Shown here piece by piece: positions 13,215 through 25,700 of a stretch of DNA of 64,000 nt. Each line of letters begins with the position of its first letter. Within the stretch, counting starts at the first letter, position 1. The translations under genes and the position numbers were made by a program. This stretch comes from Octopus vulgaris (Eukaryota): assembly GCA_951406725.2 (NCBI GenBank), contig OX597814.1:44950001-45014000 (forward strand), written 5' to 3'. The notes beneath the pieces are model-generated. The model was not told the DNA's origin. It did not search any database and was given only the letters and a program-made list of their open reading frames with translations.

Positions 13215-14001
13215 AACATATATGTATATATGTATTGCTTTGTTTAGTTTGTCTTCCAATATTGAGTTTTCTCATTTTGTTTGTTTTGCGGGTGTGTATA
13301 CATCTTGAAGTAAGAGAAAAGACTGTTGCGTGCAAATACTGACTAGCTTCTTAGAAATCAGTCGAAAGACAATGTATCGGAACCAGATCACATTGCATGA
13401 AAGCAATACTCTTTCTGTCAATTCTATGTTTTAATTTTTTCTTTCTGTTATTTTTTTTTTTTTCTGTTTTGATGACTTGAATAGAATTTTATTTTGCAGA
13501 TTGATTTATCCCTCTCTTCTCAGCGTTACACTTTTTATTAGTTGAAAATCCGATAAAAAAAAAAGTAGAAATGAAAAGGATCTAAAAAAAACAAAGAAAT
13601 CTAATTAGTGCCACGCAGTGGTATATATAGGAAAATGCTGTTTGAAGAAAAGAATGTGTTTCTGGATAAAAAAAAAAATTCCTTACATTGCTTTCGGCTC
13701 AACACAATTAATGAATTCCCAGAAAGAAACCTGTATGGAATCCCCGATAAAATCCTTCAACAGTAACATTTAGAGTTACACATTCAAGTTTCTACTTCAG
13801 CAGTTACTTATAGGAACACAAGTCGAAATTTTACGTAGATTATAGACAAAAATTTCTGGAGGTTTATCTCAGAAATGTCTTCTCTTTATGTATATTTTAG
13901 GGGCCGCATACATGTTCTAGGGAGAGAAATTTCTAAAAATTCCTTTATTTACTATTATAAGACTATTAGCTGATACGATTATGACGATGAATTACATTTT
14001 A

Positions 14002-14436
14002 GGGATCTTTTCGGTTTGAACGGCAGCTTTTTAAAATAAATTCCACGTAACTAAATACTTTTAAACTTCATACACTGGTAGAATGTGTTTATAAAACATC
14101 TTTTTCTCTTGGCTTTATTGAGAAAATTCTATAGTTTGTAAGATATTTGTTGTTCTTTTTCTTCAATTTCTGAAATTTCAACCAATCATACGTCTATTGA
14201 GGTGAAAACATTCTGTGCCTTATGAATATGTCCCTCGTTTAAGAAACAGATTGGGTTTATTTACATTTCTGAAGAAAAATATACCCTTCCCCCCACCCCT
14301 AACCCTAGCTAACCCTAACTAACCCTAACCCCAAAATAGATTGAAATGCAATAGATCGATACTAGGGTCATAATTATGAGTGACAATTTCATATGACACC
14401 GCTAGAAAAAACTGCCGTTCAAACCGAAAAGATCCC
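14002..14436. mobile_element. MITE with 25-bp perfect TIRs, 6-bp TSD and internal CCCTAA-like repeats
   Basis: TIR gggatcttttcggtttgaacggcag at 14002-14026 and 14412-14436; TSD atttta at 13996-14001 and 14437-14442. Confidence 0.9.
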
Positions 14437-14888
14437 ATTTTAGATATTAAAGAAGATAGAAAAGAATAAATTTGAGAATTAAAATGATAGAAATAAAGTG
14501 ATAAAAAAATAAAGACCTGAGATTATTTGGGAAATGATAAGCGAAACATTAAAAATGGGACAAGAAAGCAACCAGGCTAAAACGCAAATGAATGGGGGAA
14601 ATGTATGTAGTTGTCTGCTGAATTCTAATGAGAAATATGTGAAGCAGAAGATATTTCACTTAAAGTGAAATAGATGTACAATGAATGGTTTGTATTTTTA
14701 AAGGATCTTTTTACAACATGAATGCTCTTAAGAGTGTGGGATAAATAGTTCAGCGGATAAGCAAAAAGTTACTCTGTGTATGCATGTGTATTACAACTTT
14801 CATACATTCGCACACACACATACATATTTACATAAATAGATAGATAAAGAGATACAAGAATATATATATATATATATACATATAAAAA

Positions 14889-15083
14889 GTTAATCCAAAC
14901 ATGAAAACACAAAGAGAAAACACAACGACGCGAGGACATGGAACAAGTATAGTATTATTGGACGCTCAGGAAAGAAGGAGGGTTTAACGTTTCGAGCGGA
15001 GCTCTTCATCAGAAACATAGGAAAAGGAAAGATCCAAAGAAGGGAAGACAGAGGAAAAAAATCGCCAACGGTACACACGCGGT

Positions 15084-15087
<4 letters not shown>
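14889..15087 (-). mobile_element. Short (TA)n-embedded repeat carrying an intact hammerhead core (family H1, PLE pLTR-like)
   Basis: About 200 bp of complex sequence between TA tracts; contains the motif at 14982-15016. Confidence 0.7.
14982..15016 (-). ncRNA. Minimal type I hammerhead ribozyme
   Basis: Minus strand GUUU / CUGAUGA-A / GAGC-ucc-GCUC / GAAA-CGU-U / AAAC: complete core, 4-bp stems I and II, ACGU palindrome as stem III. Confidence 0.8.
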
Positions 15088-15154
<67 letters not shown>

Positions 15155-15757
15155 GTGGTCGTGTGTATATATTACAATTCTTATACGTGTTTATTAATTT
15201 TACAAAGATTCTTTCTATTAATTCTCTAATTGTGTTGTGGTGGAAACAATGTAAGAATTTTTTTTATTTCAAAGAACACTGTGACATTGTACTCAGAATA
15301 TTTTAGGTTACGTAAAAATGGATACATAACAAAATATTCACAGAATAATTTAACAAAAAGTAGCTCATACACATAAGATAAAAGAAAGATATTTAGTTTT
15401 GTACACCTTCTTTAGCACAAAGTGATTATACATTATAGTCAATGATCTCCAAGTATCGATCAAAAAGAATTCCTATATCTACCACCAGCTCTTTAATATA
15501 ATCTAGCATAAAAGTTTGTTATAATTATATTGTCGACGTCTCTAACCAGATAAAGAATCATAATGATACGCTGTGTGTAAAGCAACATGGCCAGACTAAG
15601 CAGAAACTGAAACGAGACAACCTTTTGCCATCAAATAGTTTTGTCGAAAAAATAACTTGAGAGTTACAAGATTAGTCGAGTGTTCTACAAATGGACAAGT
15701 GTATCAAGCTAAAACTGACTGAAGTATGTAAACATCAAAATACATTTCATCTGGCAA

Positions 15758-15990
15758 GGCACAGGCGTGACTGTGTGACGAGAAGTTTACTTGCCACCGA
15801 CATGATACCAGGTTCAGCCCAACTGCGTGGCACCTTGGGCTGACCAAAGCCTTGTGAGTGAATTTGGTAGATAAGATGTGTGTTTGTGTGCATGTGTGTG
15901 GACGCATGTATATGTTTGTCCTGCAAAACCAATGTTGGTGTGTTTGCGTCGTGATAACTTGGCGTCTCGGCAAAAGAAAAATGATAGAAT
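15758..15990 (+). mobile_element. Partial family A SINE
   Basis: ggcacaggcgtgactgtgtg...caccttgggc...gtgaatttggtag...ggcaaaagaaaaatgatagaat. Confidence 0.7.
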
Positions 15991-16036
15991 GTGCGGGTAT
16001 GTTTGCGTATGCATGTGTATATGCATCTATCTGTAT

Positions 16037-16236
16037 ACTACGACGTATGAATGATAGATCGCTAGCCACTGCACATTCTTTATTTTCTCTCCTTGTTCCT
16101 TTCTGAGTTCCTTTCTGTGGAAGAGCGTAGGCTCGAGACGTTAAAGACTTTTTCACTTCCCGAGCATTAAACTAATACATCTGTTTGTTGTCTACACCAC
16201 CTGTCTTCGTCTTTTGGGGGTTTTATGAATTCTCCC
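16037..16236 (+). mobile_element. Family H2 short repeat with degenerate hammerhead motif at 16111-16146
   Basis: CUUU / CUGUGGA-A / GAGC-guag-GCUC / GAGA-CGU-U / AAAG; homologous to 2184-2316; ends at (TA)n. Confidence 0.65.
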
Positions 16237-16238
16237 TA

Positions 16239-16313
<75 letters not shown>

Positions 16314-16319
16314 TGAGAG

Positions 16320-16350
<31 letters not shown>

Positions 16351-17390
16351 GACAGAATCAGACAGACTGAGACAGAGAGATATATAGTTAGTCACAGAGA
16401 GAGAGGGGGGAACAGTTTAAAAGCTGCGCCGGATGGCGTTATACATTAGCAAAAGGTTTGGGTACGGTAGGGAAGTCCCACATTTCATTCGTATGCTCGA
16501 CACGGTTTGACAATAACCACCATAACTCCAGGTAGACTTAAAACAAGAAAATGCTTTTATATTTAAATCAATTCATTCTTTACGTACGTTTTACTAGAAC
16601 ATTTTACATAACCACCGCACAACTTGTACATCGAGGGATATGGGGAATTTGTAATGCAAAACATATTCCTCATGCAACTATGTATAAGATAGAGACTTAG
16701 TAGGAGGCAAGTTCAACAGTCAAATAAGATACAGTTGTAAAAATCAGCGAGGTCATCTTTATGTTGATTAAATTTACATGTGAAATTATTCACCACAATT
16801 TTCACACACAAACACACATGTACTTTAGTTATTTTATTATATATGTAGATGTGAGCGTTTCTCTGAGTGCATATGCATGAAACAGACTGGATTTTATATT
16901 TGTATGCATGTTTGTATATGTACGTATGAGTAAGACGGAAGAAGACACAAGGGGTGTAGAAGAAAGTATATAGAAATTTCAAAATGATTATATATTCAAA
17001 AGAAGATTCACAACTTGAAAAAGTATAGATTAGACGCCTAATTGTCATGTAGAACGGGCTTAATTCACAAGATCGTTGTTGATAAAAGTATAACAATTAG
17101 AAATAATAAAAGCTACTAGAAGCTTTTGTTGAATAACTATAACTAGAAATATTTCCACGGAAACGTTTGTTATTTGATTTTTGTGCAGTGTGTATTAGAT
17201 ATGAAAATATGGAATATTTAACAAATTTGCTTAGCAATCAGGTCTGAGTTCGATCTTACAGTGTGGTTTCTTGGAAAAACACCTTTCACTACAGCCTCGT
17301 GTCAACCCAATACTCGTCAGAGAAATTGTTTGAACGCACTGTTTGGAAGCTTAACGGATGGATTCTATTTATAATTGAAATGTCCAATCT

Positions 17391-17451
<61 letters not shown>

Positions 17452-17837
17452 ACACACACACACGACACGCACAAAACACACACATATGTGGACGCACGCA
17501 ACATACATATACAAATAGATATGTGTATATATATCAAATATATATATGTGTACATATATACCAGAAAAGAAAGAGAGAGTTATTGCTTCGCTCACCTTTG
17601 ATCGGGATCTTTAATCACAGGTGTTTGAACAGTGAGTAGCCCATTATTTTGTATTAATGAAACTTCATCGTTGTTAGTTAATGGCTGTTATTTCGAAGAA
17701 ATCAAACAATGACTAGAAGCTTTTCGATGGCTTGTAAATGAAGAGTTTAAATGAATGGTAAAATGATCACTTCATAATATAAAAACACAAATTCAGAATG
17801 CGTTAAAACAAAAAAATTGTAAATGAGTGTAGCTTTG

Positions 17838-18304
17838 GTCATGAATGACCATGCAATTGCACCTAGAAAGTTACCCTCCGAGGCACAAGTCTGGGCTAGG
17901 TTGTTTATGGAAGACCAGCAGTCGCCCACGCATACCAGCCTCCCCTATCCACGCCACCAGTGTTATCCAAGGGAAAGGCAAAGGCCGATACAGCTTGGCA
18001 CCAGTGACGTCACAGTTAATTTATTAACGTGTAAAACATGTCTACCTTTAACGTAGTTCTCGGGGAGATTCATCGTGACACAGAGTGTGACAAGGCTGGC
18101 CCTTTGAAATACAGGTACAACAGAAATAGGAAGAAAGAAGAAGAGAAAGTTGTGGTGAAAGAGTACAGCAGGGTTCACCACCACCACGTGGAGCTTTAGG
18201 TGTTTTCGCTCAAAAAACACTCACAATGCCCGGTCTGGGAATCGAAACCGCGATCCTACGTCCGCGAATCCGCTGCCCTAACCACTGGGCCATTGCGCCT
18301 CCAC
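17838..18304 (-). mobile_element. Composite tRNA-derived SINE with 10-bp TSD
   Basis: Head gtggaggcgcaatggcccagtggttaggg...ggtttcgattccc; TSD tgtagctttg at 17828-17837 and 18305-18314; modules shared with 17-322, 11894-12195 and 26222-26543. Confidence 0.85.
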
Positions 18305-18357
18305 TGTAGCTTTGCAGCACCAATGTTTTTAATGAATCAATATATTATGCATAACAA

Positions 18358-18550
18358 GAGAATCGTTAGCACAAAATGCTTAGCGGCATTTCATCCTTCT
18401 TTACGTTCTGAGTTCAAATTCCTCCGAGTTCGATTTTGCCTTTCATCATTTCGGAGTCAATAAAATAAGTACCAGTTGAGCACTGGGGCCGGTCTTATCA
18501 ACTTGTCCCCTTTCCCGAGACTGCAGATCATGAGCCAAAATCTGAAACCG
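18358..18550 (+). mobile_element. Family N SINE
   Basis: agaatcgttagcac...gagttcaaattc...gcctttcatcatttcggagtcaataaaataagtacc. Confidence 0.75.
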
Positions 18551-18684
18551 ATATATCATGCACCGTGTTCTTTTTGTTTTTTTATTCTTTAGTTATCAAC
18601 ATATATGCAGCGATCTGCTCATTAAAACCTTAAAAATAAGACAATTGATCAGAAAAATATGTTTCTTTCTCCTATAAACATAAC

Positions 18685-18850
18685 ACCTGAAATTTTGAGG
18701 GAGGGGTTAGCGAATAACATCAACTCAAATGTTCAACAAATATTTATTATATCGACCCCGAAAGGATTAAGGGCAAATCTTACTTTCGTGGGTTTTGAAC
18801 ATAACACGGAAAGCCGGAAGTAATGCCGTTAAGCATTTTCAGCGGCAGTT
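18685..18850 (-). mobile_element. Family N SINE, inverted relative to the preceding copy
   Basis: atcgaccccgaaaggattaagggcaaa...aatgccgttaagcatttt. Confidence 0.65.
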
Positions 18851-19313
18851 TCAGCTTTGCTGTATGATATTACTTTCGTGTATATAGAAACCAGTCTCCC
18901 GAAATGAGTTGCCTTTAATGTGGGTATAGATACAAGTATTTGTGTTTGTATATATCGGGACAAAAGAATATTATGGTTGTGTACTATTATTTAAAATCAT
19001 AGTACTGTTGTGATTGACTCGCTCACTCAAATTCGAACATCTCTGATGCCCCTTCTGTATATCTACTTCCATCAAGAAGGACTTTGAAGTGCAAAACAAC
19101 ATACATATGTAAATTTATCAGCATCGAAGAGAACAAAAACTGACGATTTAGATGCGGACGCACATAACATACATTTGCAAACACACTTATGTATATGTGT
19201 GCGTGTGAGGTAGCCAATGAGAGAGAAAGAGAGCGAGAGAGAGAGACCATGTGTGTGCGTGCGTAAATATATACGTGTGTATGTAAATATGTGTATGTAT
19301 ATATCTATCTATC

Positions 19314-19349
<36 letters not shown>

Positions 19350-19386
19350 CGTATATATATATAGAGAGAGAGACCATGTACGTATA

Positions 19387-19436
<50 letters not shown>

Positions 19437-19581
19437 TCAATATGGGCTTCGCTCTGCGAGCTTGTGCACAAAACCACTCAATAATCCATTAAAGTATAAA
19501 ATAAATTAGTATAAATCCGTAAGTATATGTTAACTATACGTGTGATAGCATTTATACATGTTTGTATGTGTGTATGTACGT

Positions 19582-19615
<34 letters not shown>

Positions 19616-20518
19616 GTTTGGATGTGTTTGGGTGTGTGTGCGTGTGTGTTTGTATACATACATACATATACATGGACACGCTCGCACACCACACATATTA
19701 ATATATATATTCACACATGTAGGTGAGTCGGTGTGTGTATGTGTGTATACGCGCGCGTGTGTATGTCTGTGTGTGTAATTACACCTTACGTAGAATGTTA
19801 TATCGAAAGAAATTTCACCCGAAGGTGTGTCATAGCATGAATTAGGGATAAATTGTTATTTTTTCCTTTACCTTTCGTACATGGAAATTAGTTGTTTTGT
19901 TATTTTCTTTTAGTCTATGTAGCAATGACTTCATCTCCTGATATATCTGTCATTTTGTTTTTCTTCTTTTTCATTATGCTCTTTCTCTCAGTTGCTATTT
20001 ACTTACCTATATTTTATAGTTGCTTTATATTTACTGTTTCTATCGAGCTATCTGCCTGCACTTTTACCATATTGCCATTTTCCCTTTTTGTGGTAGAATC
20101 TTCCCCTACAATTTCATTTCTTCTTGTTTTACCTTTATCTCTCTCTCAATTTTTCCATTCTTCAACGAATTCTATTGCATTTTCCTGCGTATCTTTTTCC
20201 CCTTTACTTCTCACATTCTTTCAATCAATTCGTACTTATATTTTACTTCTTTCTGGCAATTCTCTTTCTAATTATTCATGATTATTTTTTTTTAATTTTA
20301 ACCTTTATTCAACTTCTTATTCAACACTATAAATCCATCCATTAATAAAGTAAGAAAACATTGTTCCAGTTAAGGCAATACATAAAATTGATCTATTAAT
20401 GTGTCAAAATACATGTGTACCTGTGTATGTGTATATAAGTGTGTGTAGCTTATCGACCACGAAATGACGAATGAAAATGAAACGTAAATTCGACCTCGGC
20501 GTCATTTGAACTCAGAAC

Positions 20519-20552
<34 letters not shown>

Positions 20553-21321
20553 TTATATATGTATTTCTTTGCACGTGTACAATATATATGGTTGTATATA
20601 TGCATGGAGGGAAAAAAACGTTATATCTATCTTCTTCCCAAAGAATCAAATCAACTATCTTCGAATTTCTGTCTGAAAAGTAACACCGATCGATTGGTGT
20701 TTATGAGTGAAAAGTAGGTATTTAGATAATATATCTATAGATCCTCTGAGCATAAATATTTACTAGTGCACAATTCATTGTTGTATGCATGGAATAAGTA
20801 ATATTTGGCTTCATTGAAATGTAGTCATATAATCAAGAAAGAAAGAAAGAAAGAAAGAAAGAAAAGAAAGGTAAAACAACATTGAAATAAAAGAATCATT
20901 CAATAGATCACAATATTTATTAGTTTTTATATTTTCATTTTTATATACAACACTATATACAAAATTCTGGGAAACAAGAAATTCTGAAAGTCGATGTCCA
21001 TGATGCAAGGCTTATTATGAATTTAAACATTTTCATAATTGGAACGTCTGCGACATTCTCTTCACATAATAAATTGATTCTTTGTGAAAGAACATCAGCT
21101 CAACTGACCCACTATGAAAACTAGCGGGGAGATAAATGCTACATTTTGATAAGGTTTGCCTTTAACTTTTCTTTATTGACATGGCAAATGTAGATCTGGT
21201 TGGAATTGATGACATCTTAAAATGAAGTGTAAATCTGTATTGGGTGGTTGCAGAATAATAAGGACAATCGAGAAAAAAAGTGAGTAAATGAATGAATGGA
21301 TAAAAATAGACAGACAGATAG

Positions 21322-21610
21322 ATATATTTCTTTATTGGCCACGCAGGGCTGAACACAGAAGATGCAATATGCAAAGTAGAGCTTTTCTTTTTGGAAAGAA
21401 GAGAAGAAAAAAGGTGGGGGAATTCCGATCAAAAGGGATCGTGGAAAAAAAGTGGAGCCGATCAATAGGGATCTGTATCACAGAAATGTCAATGTAAAAA
21501 GAGAAAACAGATTAGGTTTGTCCGTGGATAGAAAAGCCTACGGAAAAGACCACGGGAACCTTGGGCAATAGTGTCATGCAAAACGAAGACACATTACAAT
21601 AAGTGGCTCT
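21322..21610 (-). mobile_element. Probable 3' end of an L1/Tx1-like LINE next to (AGAT)n
   Basis: Pyrimidine-rich UTR-like sequence on the minus strand ending aataaagaaatatat (AATAAA at 21331-21336) against a microsatellite. Confidence 0.45.
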
Positions 21611-21630
21611 CTTTTTCCTTTGTTTTTTTT

Positions 21631-21694
<64 letters not shown>

Positions 21695-21881
21695 AAAGAT
21701 AGATAGATAGATCGTGGAAAATAGCGATTTTGACGTCTATATCTAGAATATTGACCGTCCACTTTTAGTGGTCAGTCCTTTAAATTTTGTATGTAAAAAT
21801 ATTTTAATCTTCGGATTTTTTTTAATATGCTAGGCCACTGGTTTTAATTGATTAATATCAATTTCTACCCTTATTCAATTT

Positions 21882-21972
<91 letters not shown>
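21631..21972. repeat. (AGAT)n microsatellite split by a 170-bp interspersed repeat (21713-21882, family P)
   Basis: The insert matches 36344-36420 (+) and 36158-36290 (-). Confidence 0.8.
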
Positions 21973-23674
21973 GGAGGACGTGGGGAGAGAGAGAAGACAT
22001 TTTTTAATTTAGAAAAAGTAACTTATGTAAAGTAAATTATATTTGTAAGTTTTCTGGAAAGATATTTATGAACACATTTTTGTTTTCATTTCCTAAGTTA
22101 CTATTTAAAAAATGAGAAAAGTCTTATTTTCAAGATGACGTTAATTCAATACGGTAAGAGACAGACAGACAAACAGACGGACAGTCGAAAAGATTGAGTG
22201 ATATATACTATTGTTATACTCACCTCATTTTTCATCATCTTCTTTATCTCAACCTTGGTGTACGTTCTTCCGTTAATATTCACCTATCATTCCTTGATTG
22301 ATTATGTGACAACTCAAAATCCCTGCCTGGATTGCCTTTCTTTTCAACTTTTGTAACTATTTGAAATAGACTCTTTCAGTTACACTGCAGATACAGAAGT
22401 TTTAAATTGCTAATATTTTCCTCGCTTCGATGTCTAAGCTGCAAATGTCTTCTCGTATCAGTCATTAACATTGTATAGTAAGGACAATATTATATTTGGT
22501 TATAATGAATGGGTAGACTGACAATTACACATCTTCTGCAACTTGCTGAAAACTCTTGCCTTATTCTTTGTTAGCAGAGAGAATAGAACGCAAACTTAAA
22601 ATTCACATATAGGATAAGATATTTTTATTACTCGTAACAGAATCCAGAGGTAAAAAAAGAGTTAATATCAAAGTTGGTCGACAGCTCAATAATTTTCTTT
22701 GACTTAGCATTAAATAAAACAATTATCATAGACAAATAAGCTGTTTATTCATCTCGTTTCTGTTAAGTCATATGCCGCAATCTAACATGATGCAATTCAG
22801 TTGTACCGTAACCTTAAGGGAATTGCCCTGACGATATGGCTTTGTTCGTCATATGATTCATGTTTTTTTCCGAGATTCCCGGTGTTATTTTCTAAAAATG
22901 AAATATTCTTTTCTGTTATGTCCTAGCCACACATGAAGGGGTAACAGTAACTATAGCATTCACAAACCCTTCCACGCTGGTAAGATTGACGAGTTCATAC
23001 AAAGTTTGAACAGATGTAGATCCACACGCTAAGGAAAATTGAGGTTGATAGATTTACAGAGACTGTCAGTGCTAGGAATAAATACTTTGGTGTATTTAGT
23101 GTAGGAATTGAGATGTAACACATAGCAGGAATAAAGTTGATTCAAATGGGGAGTGCTAGAAGTATATGCAACCAGTTGGCTCAGATTATAAGATAGTGTT
23201 AGTAACAATAAGAGAGACTCAGACGAAATTAAGTTACCTTAAAATTATATTACACTAGTCGATCCCACCTTTATGAATCAGTTAGATAGCCTTTAAGATG
23301 CCGTCCGAGACATTTATGCTGTTTGAGATGTTTACATTTAATAAGAACTTGATTTCTAATTTATCTTGTAGCTTTTATAGCTTAGAGTTTTAGCTTCATA
23401 TCAGTTGCCATGTTCTCTTTCTTTCTTCTTGAATTCCTTGTGATAAACATGAAGATGGCAAATCTAAAGTAGCAACATCCTGCTCTTGCAAAAATCGGAG
23501 TCCGTCAGGATCAGCTGAAGGAGATAAATTTATTGTTTGTTTCAGTATCGTTACAGTAGGCAGTACCAGTTCTAAGGAGGCATTATTGGTTTTGCAAGAT
23601 GTAAAATTTTAGTTTAAGTGATTATGTGATAACTTAGGCGAAGGAGTGGCTGTGTGGTAAGTAGCTTGCTTACT

Positions 23675-25095
23675 GCGTTTGCGTTAGTCAAGTAGTATTG
23701 TCAAGACGTTGCTTCGCAGCGCTCTTGAATTGAAGAACGTTCAAGGCGCGACTGTCTGTAAGGTAGGTACTTGGGTTTTTTTTTTTGGGGGGGGGTAGTG
23801 GGGGTTTTGTTATTTGATATTATTTTTCTTTTTGCAAATGAGAAATACTCACTGGGTCCTGGACATTTGTCTGAATGCAGTCGCGCTAAGTGACTCACCT
23901 TGTGTGAGAATTGTTGTTTTGGGGGCGTGTTTCACCGCAAAAAAATGTTGTGAAATTCGTGGTATTGTACCAATTTGTGGAGCTCTGTTCCTGCTGGTGG
24001 TTTACACTAGGCCAGGAGTACTGCCGGCCAGAATGGTGCTTTATTGAATTCTGCTATGTTTTGAACTGTCTTCCTTCTTCTTCTGTCTTCTTTTTTTGTT
24101 TTTTCTTTGAACTTTTTTGAACTTGTGTCTGACTGTGCCTGGAACCAGGCCACATTAAAAAGAACTGTCCGCAGGACCAAAGTAAGGTCCTGGAACAGTT
24201 AGTAATGGAAGAATCCCCACCTCCTCCTTCGGAGGGAGGGATGGAGGCAGTAGAGACCTCCTCTGAAAAAAGGGGAAAAAAAGGACCCCAAGGCTGCGGG
24301 AGGGAGGGAAGATCCTCCGGTTAAAGCGGAGGAACTACACCCTCCCGTAGCAAAGGAGAGAAAAAAAAGAAGAAAAATGGGGCAGTGCCGGCGGTTAATA
24401 CACCACCGGCATGTTCCAGAACCCCGTCGGCAGAAATTGTGCCACCGACGGTGGAAGTTGTGGCCTCAACCCATGTGGAGGAGGAATTTTTGGTCTTCTT
24501 CCGCATGGGAGAGGCGGTGGGAATGTTTACTAAAAAAGTTTGCCAGGGGTGGGAACATAACCTGCATTAAATACCCTGGATGGCCTCCTCAGGTTGCTGT
24601 GGTCATCTCAGACACGGAGCTTTTCAAGGTAATGGACTCCTTCCCAGAAGATGTATTCCGCTTCAGATTAAGGCACCCTGCCTGATCTGGCACTATCGGA
24701 GGGCTTAAGTGACGCTTTGAGCCTGGTCGCGTGCCGGCGGAGCGGAAAATAGTAAAACTTAAGAGGCTGAGTGCCTCATACATTTTCTCTTATTGCCCAT
24801 CAGAGAAAATGTAAGAGGCCCAGTGTCTCATTTGTAAGGACATTGTGCTATTGTTGGTAAGAGGCTTAGTGCCTCATTGTAAGGACCTTGTGTCCAATGG
24901 AACATTAGTAAGAGATTTATTACCTCAAATTGTGTATTTTGTAAAAGAACAATGTTTTAGAGAAGCAGCGATCGGCGGGCGTCGTCTACCTTTCCTCATT
25001 AATATCATTTTTTCATCATTCATCTCATTAATGTTATTGTCCGGCCGCAGCTACTACTTCTATGTAATGGCTTGATGGCAAATTGAATGAAATAA
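23675..25095 (+). mobile_element. 1.4-kb non-autonomous ORF1-only (half-L1/Tx1-like) retroelement with 16-bp TSD
   Basis: TSD aagtagcttgcttact at 23659-23674 and 25096-25111; zinc-knuckle remnant LCLEPGHIKKNCP near 24133-24171; no ORF2 motifs seen; A-rich 3' end. Confidence 0.7.
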
Positions 25096-25111
25096 AGTAG
25101 CTTGCTTACTC

Positions 25112-25700
25112 TCGACGCATGCACCGTCTGTTGTAGGCTATTGCTACTGTGAATGTCACGTTGCTTTGAGCTGCGTGAATAAGAGAAATAAAAGAGACTG
25201 GCTATAGGTAAGACTTCTTTTTTTTTTAGTTCGGTGGGGATTTGTTGAATTATTTTTAATAGGTACCTGCTGAACCCTTAACATTTTTTCTGCCTGTGGG
25301 GAGTCTAGTTGTACTCAATTTTTAGTGAGTTAAAAATTTTTGTGGTGAGCGTATCTCCTCCACAAAAAGTTTGTGAGTTTTGGTGGGCGTATATCACAAA
25401 CCAAAATATTGTTCCTGTGCTGTAATTCTTGCATTGTAGTACCCGGTTTGCTGTAGTTCCTGCCTCGGATTGACTGGATTTGTTGTTGCTACCAATTTCC
25501 AGTTGTGAAGTCGCTTTGAACTGCGTGAATAAGAGGGAAAAAAAGAGACACGCTACAGGTAGGACTTTTTGTTTTTCTAGTTCGTTGTAGTGGTGGGGGA
25601 TTTGTTGTGTTATTTTTAATAAATTGTTGCTGAACTCTAGACATTTTTCTGCTTGTGATGAGTCTAGCTGTACTCACTTTTTAGTGAGTTAACATTTTGG
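25112..25700 (+). mobile_element. Second, related insertion with two tandem 5'-UTR-like units (period about 350 bp)
   Basis: 25150-25345 resembles 25503-25697; both distantly resemble 23706-23910. Confidence 0.5.

Noticed and set aside
14290-14335. Telomere or chromosome-fusion relic
   Set aside because: Only a few degenerate CCCTAA units, lying inside a MITE.
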